A stretch of 64,000 nucleotides of DNA, taken from contig NC_133618.1 in NCBI RefSeq assembly GCF_048593235.1, positions 387,580,562-387,644,561 of the forward strand. Direction: 5' to 3'. Position numbers and translations under genes: made by a program. Under the pieces are notes generated by a model. That model did not search any database. It had not been told where the DNA came from and worked only from the letters and a program-made list of their open reading frames with translations. Shown here in pieces: positions 1 to 9,510 of this stretch (position 1 is the first letter of the stretch; every line of letters begins with the position of its first letter). This stretch comes from Sminthopsis crassicaudata (lineage: Eukaryota).

Positions 1-99
1 ATTTATAAGGAGGTCTTTGGCCACAAGAGAGGCCTGCTCCTCCTCCCAAAGAAGCTGGTGGGTGGAGTTGAACTGAATAGATCTTTAATTGTATAGGGT

Positions 100-467
100 T
101 GGAATTCTTTTAGCTCAGGGACTGAACCAACCCCACCTAAATAACAGAATGAAGCTGGTTATCTTGTTTTCCTTGGGCGGGGTCCCCCACTGAGGCAGGG
201 TTGAAGGAGATTTTTCTCCTTCAAGCAGTTTTAGAGATATTCAGATTTAGTGATATAGAGGTCACTATAGAGTGACCTTATCACTATATCATATATATCT
301 ATATAATATAGATATATATGATATAGTGACCATATCTAATCACTATATTTAGTAATATTCAGAAATAAACTTTCCAATTCTTTGCCACAGATAACTCGGG
401 TTAGTGAATTCTTGTCACAAGAACTCACCTAGCTCTGCCTTTCTTGTTTCCAAGCCAAGGCCCATCA
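100..467 (+). mobile_element. 5' LTR of a class I ERV (R/U5 end recognisable, U3 rearranged)
   Basis: 355-461 matches 1514-1620 as a direct repeat (107 bp, 6 mismatches) containing AATAAA. It ends in CA at 467, immediately before a PBS. Left boundary uncertain. Confidence 0.7.
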
Positions 468-469
468 TT

Positions 470-488
470 TGGTGGCCCGCTATGGGGA
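470..488 (+). other. Retroviral primer-binding site, tRNA-Ile type
   Basis: TGGTGGCCCGcTAtGGGGA versus TGGTGGCCCGTACGGGGA, the complement of the tRNA-Ile(AAU) 3' end recalled from memory; one insertion and one substitution. Confidence 0.75.
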
Positions 489-740
489 CTTCCAACAGAG
501 CCCAGCCAACAGATAGGTAAGCCCCCCTTTGACCCCCTCTATAGCAGTAGGCAGCCAAAAAATCTGGAATATTTGGACTGCTGGAGTTTTTTGCTCAAGC
601 AGAGTTTTTCGAATGGGGACGCTCATGGCAGAAAACTCCTGCGAATTGACAAAGTTTTTGTCATATTTTTCTCTCTCTTAGGGACGCCTATAGAGAACGA
701 AAAAGCTATAGAAGTTTGGGGCTTGGGGTCTGTGGCAAGA

Positions 741-1185
741 TTGGGACACCTTATTTCCTCTATCCCTAAAGATTCACCTGTAGATTGTCTCTTTAAAAAC
801 AGGGACAAATTCGGCTTAGGAGATCTCAAGACCAAAAAACTAATTTATTTTTGCAATACTGCCTGGACTAAATATCTCTTAGAAAACCAGAAAAAAATTA
901 CTAATTCATGGCTCAATAAATTACAACACTATTAAGGAACTGGACTTATTTTGCAGGAGACAAGGGAAATGGACTAAAGTTCCTTATATTCAGATGTTCA
1001 TGGCTCTGGCACAGGACCCTAAATTAAGACCAAATTGCAGAATGCTATTTGTCAAGTTTAATGATGAGGAATTGGAGGTAGAAACTGACCTTTTAAATGA
1101 TCCCTCTTTTCCACTCCTTTAGAGGGCAAGAAGCATTTGCCCCTCCCTGTGCTCCAGAACCACCGCCTCTTTATCCCAAATGCAT
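741..1185 (+). pseudogene. gag: ERV gag remnant (matrix and p12-like region), frameshifted
   Basis: (M)GHLISSIPKDSPVDCLFKNRDKFGLGDLKTKKLIYFCNTAWTKY, then in another frame GSINYNTIKELDLFCRRQGKWTKVPYIQMFMAL, then a PPPLYP late-domain-like motif. These are motifs typical of class I ERV matrix proteins. Start codon appears mutated to TTG; stop and frameshift present. Confidence 0.9.
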
Positions 1186-1197
1186 TTGGGGGACTGC

Positions 1198-1630
1198 TTG
1201 AAGGGGGCATGAAATGGAAACCATGAAGAGACTTTCTCGAGGAGAAAGCTACTTTGAACTTTACCTCTGTACCCCACCCGAGGCAAACAGGATAAGCAGC
1301 CTCATTCTGTTACCCTGATTGACCACCCCCATTGATAATACTCACTACTGATTAAGTTCTCTATAGAGGTAAACAGATATCTATTCTATTCCAAAAATTC
1401 TCCATTGTTTCAATATCTAGAATCTCCCCATAAAACTATGTATCTCAACAAACCTCTTTACAAATCTCCTGATTGTACTAGGGGCTTTTGTTCACTAAGA
1501 GAGTTTCTTAGTGATATTCAGAAATAAACTTTCCAATTCTTTGCTACAAATAACTCGGGTTAGTGAATTCTTATCACAAGAACTCCCCTCACTCTGCCTT
1601 TCTTGTTTCCAAGCCAAGGCTCGAATCCCA
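1198..1630 (+). mobile_element. Polypurine tract and 3' LTR of the same ERV
   Basis: GAAGGGGGCA followed by TG at 1210; contains the 107-bp repeat shared with the 5' LTR. Right end could extend to about 1700. Confidence 0.7.
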
Positions 1631-2679
1631 TCGAGAGCAATTCCGTCCCCCTTTCTTCGCTTTCAAGAGCCCACTGAGTGAACAAGAAAGACCAATTCTT
1701 CAGTTCCAAATATGACTTGTCTTGGAGGGCAGTGGGAGGAAGAGGAAGAGGAAAAGAGGATCTCAGATGGTTTCTTGTCTTTCATTCAGCCAAGGGGTCA
1801 AAGCAGGAGACAAAAAAGGGGGAGACTAGGGAGCAGATCAGTTGGTAGGGGCTGGGACCAGCCTAGGCACTGGGCTGGGAATAGTGTGGATGGAGATAGA
1901 TTTGAGAGAAAGATCTAGGGAATCTCTAGCATGAGAGATTAGACAGTGGAGTTGTCTGGATCAACATCTCTAATTCTCTTCCCTATAATCTATTCCACTG
2001 AGTCAGGGGAGACAAGAAGGTGACTCAGCTGTAAAATGATGAGGCGATGGGAATGTTTCCTGATTCCCCAATTTTGGGAGACATGACCCTGCAACCTCCT
2101 CTCCCCTTCCCCTGCTCAGCTGAAAGCCCAAAGCCCCAAAGGGTGACCTACTTCTGTTTTGCCGGCCCCAGGGCCAGGGCCTCCCTTCAGGGGTTAGCCA
2201 GAAGACCGCTCTCCTGTCTAGCAGCAGCTTCATTGAGTTACCCGTCAGTTCGCTGATGCCCCTGTCCAAGCTGGCTTCCTCTGCCAGTCTGCTTCAGTTG
2301 CCCCAAAGTGGTCTGACCAGTTCGCCGAGGATGTATGGATAATGTTTGTATGTTTCTATTTGCACGTTACTTCCTCCTCCACCCCCTACCCCCCAAACCT
2401 GCCCCCAGCCTTCACTCTCCTCCACTTCTCTGCAGGTGGTTAAGAAAATAGGAAAACTGCCTCCTCATAGACCAGATTACACACACACACAGCAGACAAT
2501 CACAGGCACTGGCACACAAACCCCCATGTGGTCATTTTTAACGGCTTCTTGAACCCCAGAATTCTCAGATTCTTCTAGGTATTGATCAATGACTCTTGAT
2601 TGGGACGATGGGAGGTGGAGAAAGAAGAGGGGTGATATTGGCTTTTGAGGTGTCAGCCAGGAAAGGGGGGTCCCAGGGA

Positions 2680-2681
<2 letters not shown>

Positions 2682-2714
<33 letters not shown>
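2682..2714. repeat. (GT)16 microsatellite
   Basis: Read directly. Confidence 0.95.
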
Positions 2715-2717
<3 letters not shown>

Positions 2718-3554
2718 GGGTGCACTCACCCTCCCACACAACTCATAATCATGCCCAGGAGTTGTAGCCAGGAGGAATTTAGCAGACATTAGTAAAGCCC
2801 CCAGTTGCCTCATCTCTATAGCTGGAAGGGAGAGTAGATTTAGCTTGATGAGTAGTTCCTGCATCTGCCCCTAGGAGGAGGCTCACCTCAGAGAGTGCAT
2901 CTTGAAAGGTTCCATCCTTGCTGCCCCAAGCCATGCACAAAATTAGGAAGCATGGAAATTCAAAAGTCAGGCTCTACTTCCTACCCCTGCGTTCTTAGGC
3001 AAGGCTTCTGACTTCAGGGGGCTTCCGTTTCCTCAGCTGTAAAATGATGAGGGATTTCTGCTCTAAATACTAAAATCTGGTGAGCCATGTGCTTCCCCAC
3101 ATGCATAGTAAATCCCTGATGGTTAGATAATCTTGATAATCCTGCCCTTCACTTCCCTTGGCTCCTGGATTAGGAGAAATTGCCCTGAAAAAAAGATATA
3201 GACAATACTGAGGTTGTTTTCTCGGATATAGACGGGTTAGACTCTGTGGCAGTCTCTTCTCCTTCCCTTCCCCTTACCTCCATCTCCCTTCCTTAGTTGA
3301 CTGAAGGATTGAAAACAGATGAAGCCCTTAATCTGTTCCTGGAAAAGCAGGATTGGTGACTCCCTTCCAAAGATAAATGTCTAGGAAGTGAAGAAACTGT
3401 TCTAAGCACCCTTTCCTCAAGGGGAGGAATAGCAACGGCTGTAATCCCTGGACACAGGTTGGCTGGCTCATAGTGGGAACATGATTTTGTTCTTACCTTT
3501 ACCCGTCCATCTCAATCTAGAAATCCCCCTTGGGTTGTTTAGGCATGAGTGACA

Positions 3555-4640
3555 ACTAGCTCAAGACTGCATCATCATCAAGTGTGATAGACTTGGCTCT
3601 TTTGAGGTGATTCAGACCAATTACAATAGACTTGTGATGAAGAGAGCCATCCCATCCAGAGAGGGGATTCTGGGGACTGAATGTGGATCACAACATAGTA
3701 TTCACCCTTTTTGTTGTTGTCATTTGCTTGCTTTTTTTTTTTTCTCTCTCTTTTTTTTTTTTTGATCTTATTTTTCTTGTACAGCGTGATAAATGTGAAA
3801 GTATGTGTAGAAGAATTGCATATATTTAACCTATATTGGATTATTTGCTTTCTAGGAGAGGGAGTGGGGGAAAAGGAAGGAGAAAAAATTGGAACACAAG
3901 GTTTTGCAAGGAGGAATGTTGAAAATTATCTTTGCATAGAATGTTTGTGGCAGTCCTCTTTGTGGATGTCCATCAATTGGAGATTGGCTGAATAAATTGT
4001 GGTATATGAATGTTATGGAATATTATTGTTCTGTAATAAGTGACCAGCAGGAGGAATACAGAAAGGTCTGGAGAGACATGAACTGAGTGAAATGAGCAGG
4101 ACCAGGAGATCATTATATACTTCAACAACAATACTGTATGATGATCAATTCTGATGGATGTGGCCCTCTCCAACAATGAGATGAACCAAATCAGTTCCAA
4201 TAGAGCAGTAATGAACTGAACCAGCTACACCCAGCAAAAGAACTCTGGGAGATGATTATGAACCACTACATAGAACTCTCAATCCCTCTACTTTTGTCCA
4301 CCTGCATTTTGGATTTCCTTCACAGGCTAATTGTACACTATTTCAAAGTCCGATTCTTTTTGTTCAGCATAACAACTGTTTGGTCATGTATACATATATT
4401 GTGTTTGATTTATACTTTAACGTGTTGAGCATGTGTTGGTCAACCTGCCATCTGAGGGGGGGAGGAAGGGAAAAGGTTGGAGGGGGGAGGGGGGGTTGGC
4501 AACTGTCAGTGTTGTAAAATTACCCATGCATATATCTGGTAAATAAAAACTATTAAAAAAGAAAAGAAAAGAAAATTATCTTTGCATGTATTTTGAAAAC
4601 AAAAAGGCATTAAAAGCTTTTAAATAAAAAAGAAAGAAGC
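3555..4640 (+). mobile_element. Older L1 3'-end fragment interrupted by a younger L1
   Basis: Marsupial L1 3' UTR-like sequence on both sides of the insert at 3938-4570. Confidence 0.65.
3938..4570 (+). mobile_element. 5'-truncated L1 3' end with 17-bp target-site duplication
   Basis: GAAAATTATCTTTGCAT at 3921-3937 and 4571-4587; G-rich tract, AATAAA and A-rich tail at the 3' end. Confidence 0.85.
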
Positions 4641-5512
4641 AAAAAACAAAAACAAAAACACAACAACAACCATAGGGTATGGTACTAAAAAAAAAAAAAA
4701 GACTGCACCATCCCCAAGGGTTATCATGTCCCCCAATGTAATGGAGGCTTAGGGTGGGGAGACACTAGGGAGAAGCTCTGAAGCCACTTTTGTGGTCTGA
4801 TAGGATTGATCCAGACTGAATCTGTCCTGGATACCTTCCCCTCCCTAAGTCCCATAGGCAGGGTCTTGACTTTCTTAGGACACCCCCAATGCTGTTCCCC
4901 TCTCCCCCCACATCACTACTCTTCCTGTCTGGAATGCCACCTGTTTTTCAAGGGGGACCTTCTCATCTTCTCCAGAGAAGCATTCCTTTAACTATTTATG
5001 CAATGGCTCCATGACAGAATTCAGTACTTGACTACAATGTTTAACAAGATTGGCACCTCTCCTTAGCCCGGGGAAAGAGCCCGGGGATGGGAGCCACAGG
5101 GACTTGGTAGACTTAATGAATTTTCCCTGAGAAAGAGAATCCCAAGCCTCTACCTGAAAAGCCAAAAGGTTCATTTAGAATGAAAAGGAAACACGGAGAG
5201 GCTGAGAACATGGCATCTGGCACAGTCCACCCCAGCACCTCCTGGCTTCCGTGTCTGGGCATCTGAGGTATACTTTTTCCAATCTGGCCCAGTGTACTCT
5301 AGGGAAAGGCATAGATAGGGAAAGCTGGTTGGTTGGTTGGAGATTCTGGGAAATTTATCCTTATGTTCTACCCACTTGTAAAAAGGAGGGGGCAGGGCAG
5401 TCAGCTAAATCTCAGCATCAACAGGGAAATAGGAAAAGAAAAGCTTAAGTCTTTCTGAGTGATTTTACTGTTCTTGAAAGATCACAGAAGAAATGGAGAA
5501 AAGATATTTTAC

Positions 5513-5518
5513 TTTATT
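5513..5518 (-). terminator. MZB1: Probable MZB1 polyadenylation signal
   Basis: First AATAAA I found on the minus strand after the stop, about 490 nt downstream. Confidence 0.55.
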
Positions 5519-6004
5519 GAAGTTTAGTGGGTTAGATGATAATAGGACAGGATGGCTCCAAGATCCAAAAACATCCTCTCCTGCCTACCCTTCCCCGTCA
5601 GGGACTGGACCCAGGAGACCCTAAAGGGGGAGAAGAGAAGGAGGAAGAGAAAGAATCAGGGGATGAAGATGGGAGAGGGATGGAGGGGAAGGAAAAGGAA
5701 GGCATTCAAGGGGGAGATGTATGATCTCTAATTCATAGATGCGGAAGTCTAAGATCCAATTCTGCCTTTCCTGATCCTCTACCAGGGGCCCAGGTGAGAC
5801 TGTTCGTCCCTGACTCTCCCCTAGTAGGACTGAGGAAGGTCTTCATTCCAAGCAGAGCTGATGATGGAGTTAGCTCCCAGAAACGAGGCTTCTGTGGGTT
5901 TGCAAAGGGAAGGCAGAAAATCTTATGTCTCAGAGGTTTGCTGGACCAGTAACCTATCTGGCACATCCTGGATCCACAAGACCTCTCTCCTGAGTGATAA
6001 AAGG

Positions 6005-6170
6005 CTAAAGTTCCTTCCGGAGGAAGTCCCCCTGGCCAGGTGTCTCCTCTTCGGGACAGGTCCCTCTGCACAACAGCCTCTCCAGGGCCTGTCGGCCCCC
6101 TTGCCTGTATTCCCTGTACAGCTGATCTTCCCCAAGCTCTCCCAGGTAGTTGTGGCACATCTTGAAGAGC
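6005..6170 (-). CDS. MZB1: MZB1 exon 4 (last coding exon)
   Basis: ccttgcag acceptor; (R)LFKMCHNYLGELGEDQLY...FLRKEL*; ER-retrieval-type tetrapeptide RKEL. Confidence 0.96.
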
Positions 6171-6679
6171 CTGCAAGGAAGGGGAGCAGGGAAAGTGGAT
6201 GGAACTCCCCGTGCCATAGCCCTTCCTCCAAGCACTTCTTATTGCTCCCAAATAAATCCCATGGCTTTTTGCCCTCATTCTGAAAGGGAGCAAACAAGGA
6301 CTGGTAGTGGGAGGGGCACTAGACTGAGGGGAAAGATGTCTGGGTTCTAACTCGGGCTTTTCTAATGTGTGACCCTGCACTGCCCCTTCAGCCTCAACTT
6401 CCCCATCTGCAAGTTTCGATGAGGTTCCTTCTAGCTCTGACAATTTGAGGACTTTTTTCTCCTTAGAGGAAGAAATACTTAAGCTTCCAGAGAAAATGCC
6501 CTTCCTTATCCCCTCTTTATTGCTCCTCCCATTCCACCCTTGTCTTCCTCAGAGGATGCTGTGTGACCCTGGGAAAATTACTTAGCTATTCTGTTCTAGA
6601 CAATTCTCTTAAAACTGTGCAGGAAAATGCTAACCTATATTGCTGCAAATAGTTTGCTTATTTGAGAGTTCCTTATGTT

Positions 6680-7200
6680 GAGGAAATGAGGTCCAAGTCC
6701 ATTTCCATCTAGAATTGGTCGTTTCACTTCTGCTCAAAATCTTCAATGATTCCCTATTACCTCCAGAGTAGAGCTCAAATTCCTCTGCCTTTCCTTCAAG
6801 CCCCAATACAACCAAGTGCCATCCCACTTTTTTCTTATCTCACTTCCCTCCACAAAATCAACTTGGATAATTCTCTTCTCCCTCCCCCAATACAAACTGT
6901 GTTCTTGTGCCTGCTTGCTGGATATACTTCATCATTTATCATTTAAAGCACAATCCAAATACTACTTCTCTAGGAAGCCTTCCCTAATGTTTTCCCCAGC
7001 TGGTCATTACTTGTATTCTCAGATGTTCACTAGTACTTTTTGCTAGCAGGTAGAATTGGGGAATATTGTGGAATCTGCTTGGCTTGGTCTCTTTTTACTC
7101 TCATTTCACTGAGGTCAGGGATCCAGACTTACCTAAGCTTTTTATCTCGATAGAACCTAGCCCATGGTAAATGCTTGAAAAACTTTGTGTTTAATAAATA
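6680..7200 (+). mobile_element. L2 3' fragment in MZB1 intron 3
   Basis: Degenerate L2-like body ending in ...aaatgcttgaaaaactttgtgtttaataaatag. Confidence 0.55.
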
Positions 7201-7242
7201 GACCTATTTACCACTTTTCCTGCCCCAAATTGGGGTCATTAC

Positions 7243-7347
7243 CTGCCTGGCCACGGGCCTCCGCTGATCATCACACTGATGCCCTCACCACTGGCCAGTC
7301 CTGGGCCAATAAAGTGTTTCACCTTGTTTACTTCCCGGACCCCGTAA
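7243..7347 (-). CDS. MZB1: MZB1 exon 3
   Basis: accag acceptor and GTAATG donor; YGVREVNKVKHFIGPGLASGEGISVMISGGPWPG resembles human YGVREVDQVKRLTGPG...GGPWPT; 105 nt, phases 2/2. Confidence 0.96.
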
Positions 7348-7709
7348 CTGGTGGTCAAGGGGAGAGAGAGAACAAGAGTTAGAAGGGGGCGCATTGGGAG
7401 AAAGGGAGCCATCCATCCCGGGGCTTGTTAACCCCTTCAGAGCTATTCTTTCCCTGGATGTAGTAATACCTTTGGAGAAGGGACCTAAGTTTACAACCTA
7501 TCAGGCCAGTAGAAGTGTGTGTGTGTGTGCATCATTAAGGTGGGAGTGCAGACAATTCCTTTCAGGAACCCTCCCCCCGCATCCAAGCATCTCAACCCCA
7601 TCTCTGTGTGGTGATTTCTTCCCTTTCTCCCGCCTTGCTCCTGCAGAGATCTGAGGATTCTGAAAGCCACAGGGAAGGAATGGCTTTCCGTGGGTCAAGG
7701 GCAACTCAC

Positions 7710-7831
7710 TTCTTCCAGCTCTGAGAACAGCATTTTTCCAGGACATCAGTGTACTCAGACTCACTGAGAGAAGCCCCCTTGGCCATGTGGCTCAGCAGCT
7801 TGGTCTCCATTTCAGTCAGATGCTTCCACAT
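7710..7831 (-). CDS. MZB1: MZB1 exon 2
   Basis: tttcag acceptor and GTGAGT donor; MWKHLTEMETKLLSHMAKGASLSESEYTDVLEKCCSQSWK; 122 nt, phases 0/2. Confidence 0.96.
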
Positions 7832-9023
7832 CTGAAACAGGGGAGACACTGATTAACTTTGGAGCTGGGAAGTGGAGGAGGCAGGCAGTGGGACTGTAAG
7901 CAGTGGGGGTGGGCCGTGTTTATGAGAGGAGGCTCCCGGCCCCCTACAGTTGGCCCCCTGAAACAGTTTTGGGCTAAGTATAGCTCTGGGTGGGGTGGGG
8001 CCCATCTGTGTGGGCAGAAAGCACCTGTGAAGGATGGGTCCCATGCCCTTCTTACGTCTCCATCTTCCTGGTTCTAGGCACTGGAGTGGTCTTAGCAATA
8101 AGCAGGGAAGGAAGAACCGGAGAGGGAATCCCCCGGCCCCTGCTCGGGGTAGTAGGGATTGGGGGTAAATTAACTCCCTCTCCCCTGGAGCTGCTCAAGA
8201 GTCAGTTTCAGATGCAGAAACCCAGCTCTGGCAGCAGAGGTTTTCCCCAAGAGCCAACATTCTGACCTGTGGAATGGGAGGGAGGGTGAGAGGAACTAGG
8301 CCTTAACCCAGTCACCAAATCCTGGGGGTGACCCAGGCTCCAGGGAATCATTTCTTACTTTCTCTGAGACCATCTGCTCTGTGCACTGAGACACAGCCCA
8401 ATTTGCATGGGGCATTTTTAACCCTGGAGGGATCAGAACAGGAAAAGGCCCAGACACCGAGGAGGAAAATGCCAGGTGCTGGCAGGGCCCCCAAGGGAAG
8501 GGACAAGCTGTTAGTGACACGTATCACACATAGAAGCATGTGGCCCTTCTCCCCTCCCCCAGGCCTGCATAGTGCAAAAAAAAATCTAAGAATTGTCCCC
8601 ATCCAAAAACAAAATAAACAAAAAAAGCAAAAAATCTCAAATGAGGAAACGCACCTGAGCTATCTCTGCCATCCTCCTCCTTTATGGTTTGCCTGAGACC
8701 TCAAAACCCTTTTGTATTAATATTAGGTATATCTACTCTCCTGGCAGAAAAATAAACTGAAGCATATAACTAACTGTAAGGGAGAGAATGATCCAATCAA
8801 CTCAAGCCAACAGGGTACCAGGATATGTGAGTGGAGTGATACCATCCATCTTGGCCTGTGGAAAGGGACATTTCTAGTCTTTCTAGCTTTGTGCTCCAGG
8901 ACACAGCCTGAAATGTGTCCCTCCCATGGCCTTGCTCCCCAAAACTTGGGTCCTTGGTGTGGGGTTCAGGGGACTGGCTAGGTAGGTGAGGGTCCGAAAG
9001 TGGGGGCAGGGGAGCTTTCTTAC

Positions 9024-9209
9024 CTGGTAAGAAATGATCTGGCAGGCGTCACAGCGCAGATGTTGGGGCATGTGGGTTGAGTATTTTTCTTCTTCATCAA
9101 AATGAGGGGATGTGGCTGACAGTGGGATGGTTTCTTGGGGGATTCCCTCTCCAAGGTTCGCTGGGGGACCCCAGCCGGTCAGTGACAGCAGCAACAGCAG
9201 AAGCCTCAT
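9024..9209 (-). CDS. MZB1: MZB1 exon 1 (signal peptide, CXXC)
   Basis: MRLLLLLL...HMPQHLRCDACQIISYQ then GTAAGA. Four exons total 579 nt = 192 aa plus stop. Confidence 0.96.
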
Positions 9210-9510
9210 TGCCTCTCAATGGTGGGGCTAAGTTCTGTATAGACTAGGGTGTGGGTACATTAGGAAGGAAGCCAGGTGGCATTAAGACCCAGCTTAAACC
9301 AATGAGGGCCTGCCACCTCTGTATCTGTACCCCCAACACCCTATCAATTGATGCAGTCCCTCCCACTCCCCCAGATTGTGATGGATCTTGAAAGTCAATT
9401 TTTCCACTTTCTTCCTGGGAGGATCTCCAGCCCTACCCCCTCAATATGAGGTTCCAGATAATTTACTACCATTTTGTGGATGAAAAAACTGAGACCTGGG
9501 AAGTGAAAGG
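9210..9510 (-). promoter_or_regulatory. MZB1: MZB1 proximal promoter region
   Basis: E-box CAGGTG 9273-9278, ERSE-like CCAAT-N9-CCACC 9299-9317, EICE GGAAGTGAAA 9499-9508. Confidence 0.55.

Noticed and set aside
444-935. 163-aa ORF as an intact gene
   Set aside because: Starts at a TTG inside the LTR; only the last third is gag, and gag continues in another frame. It is a pseudogenised ERV remnant.
5733-6443. 236-aa and overlapping ORFs around MZB1 exon 4
   Set aside because: Alternative frames or the antisense strand of the real exon and its UTR; no recognisable protein.
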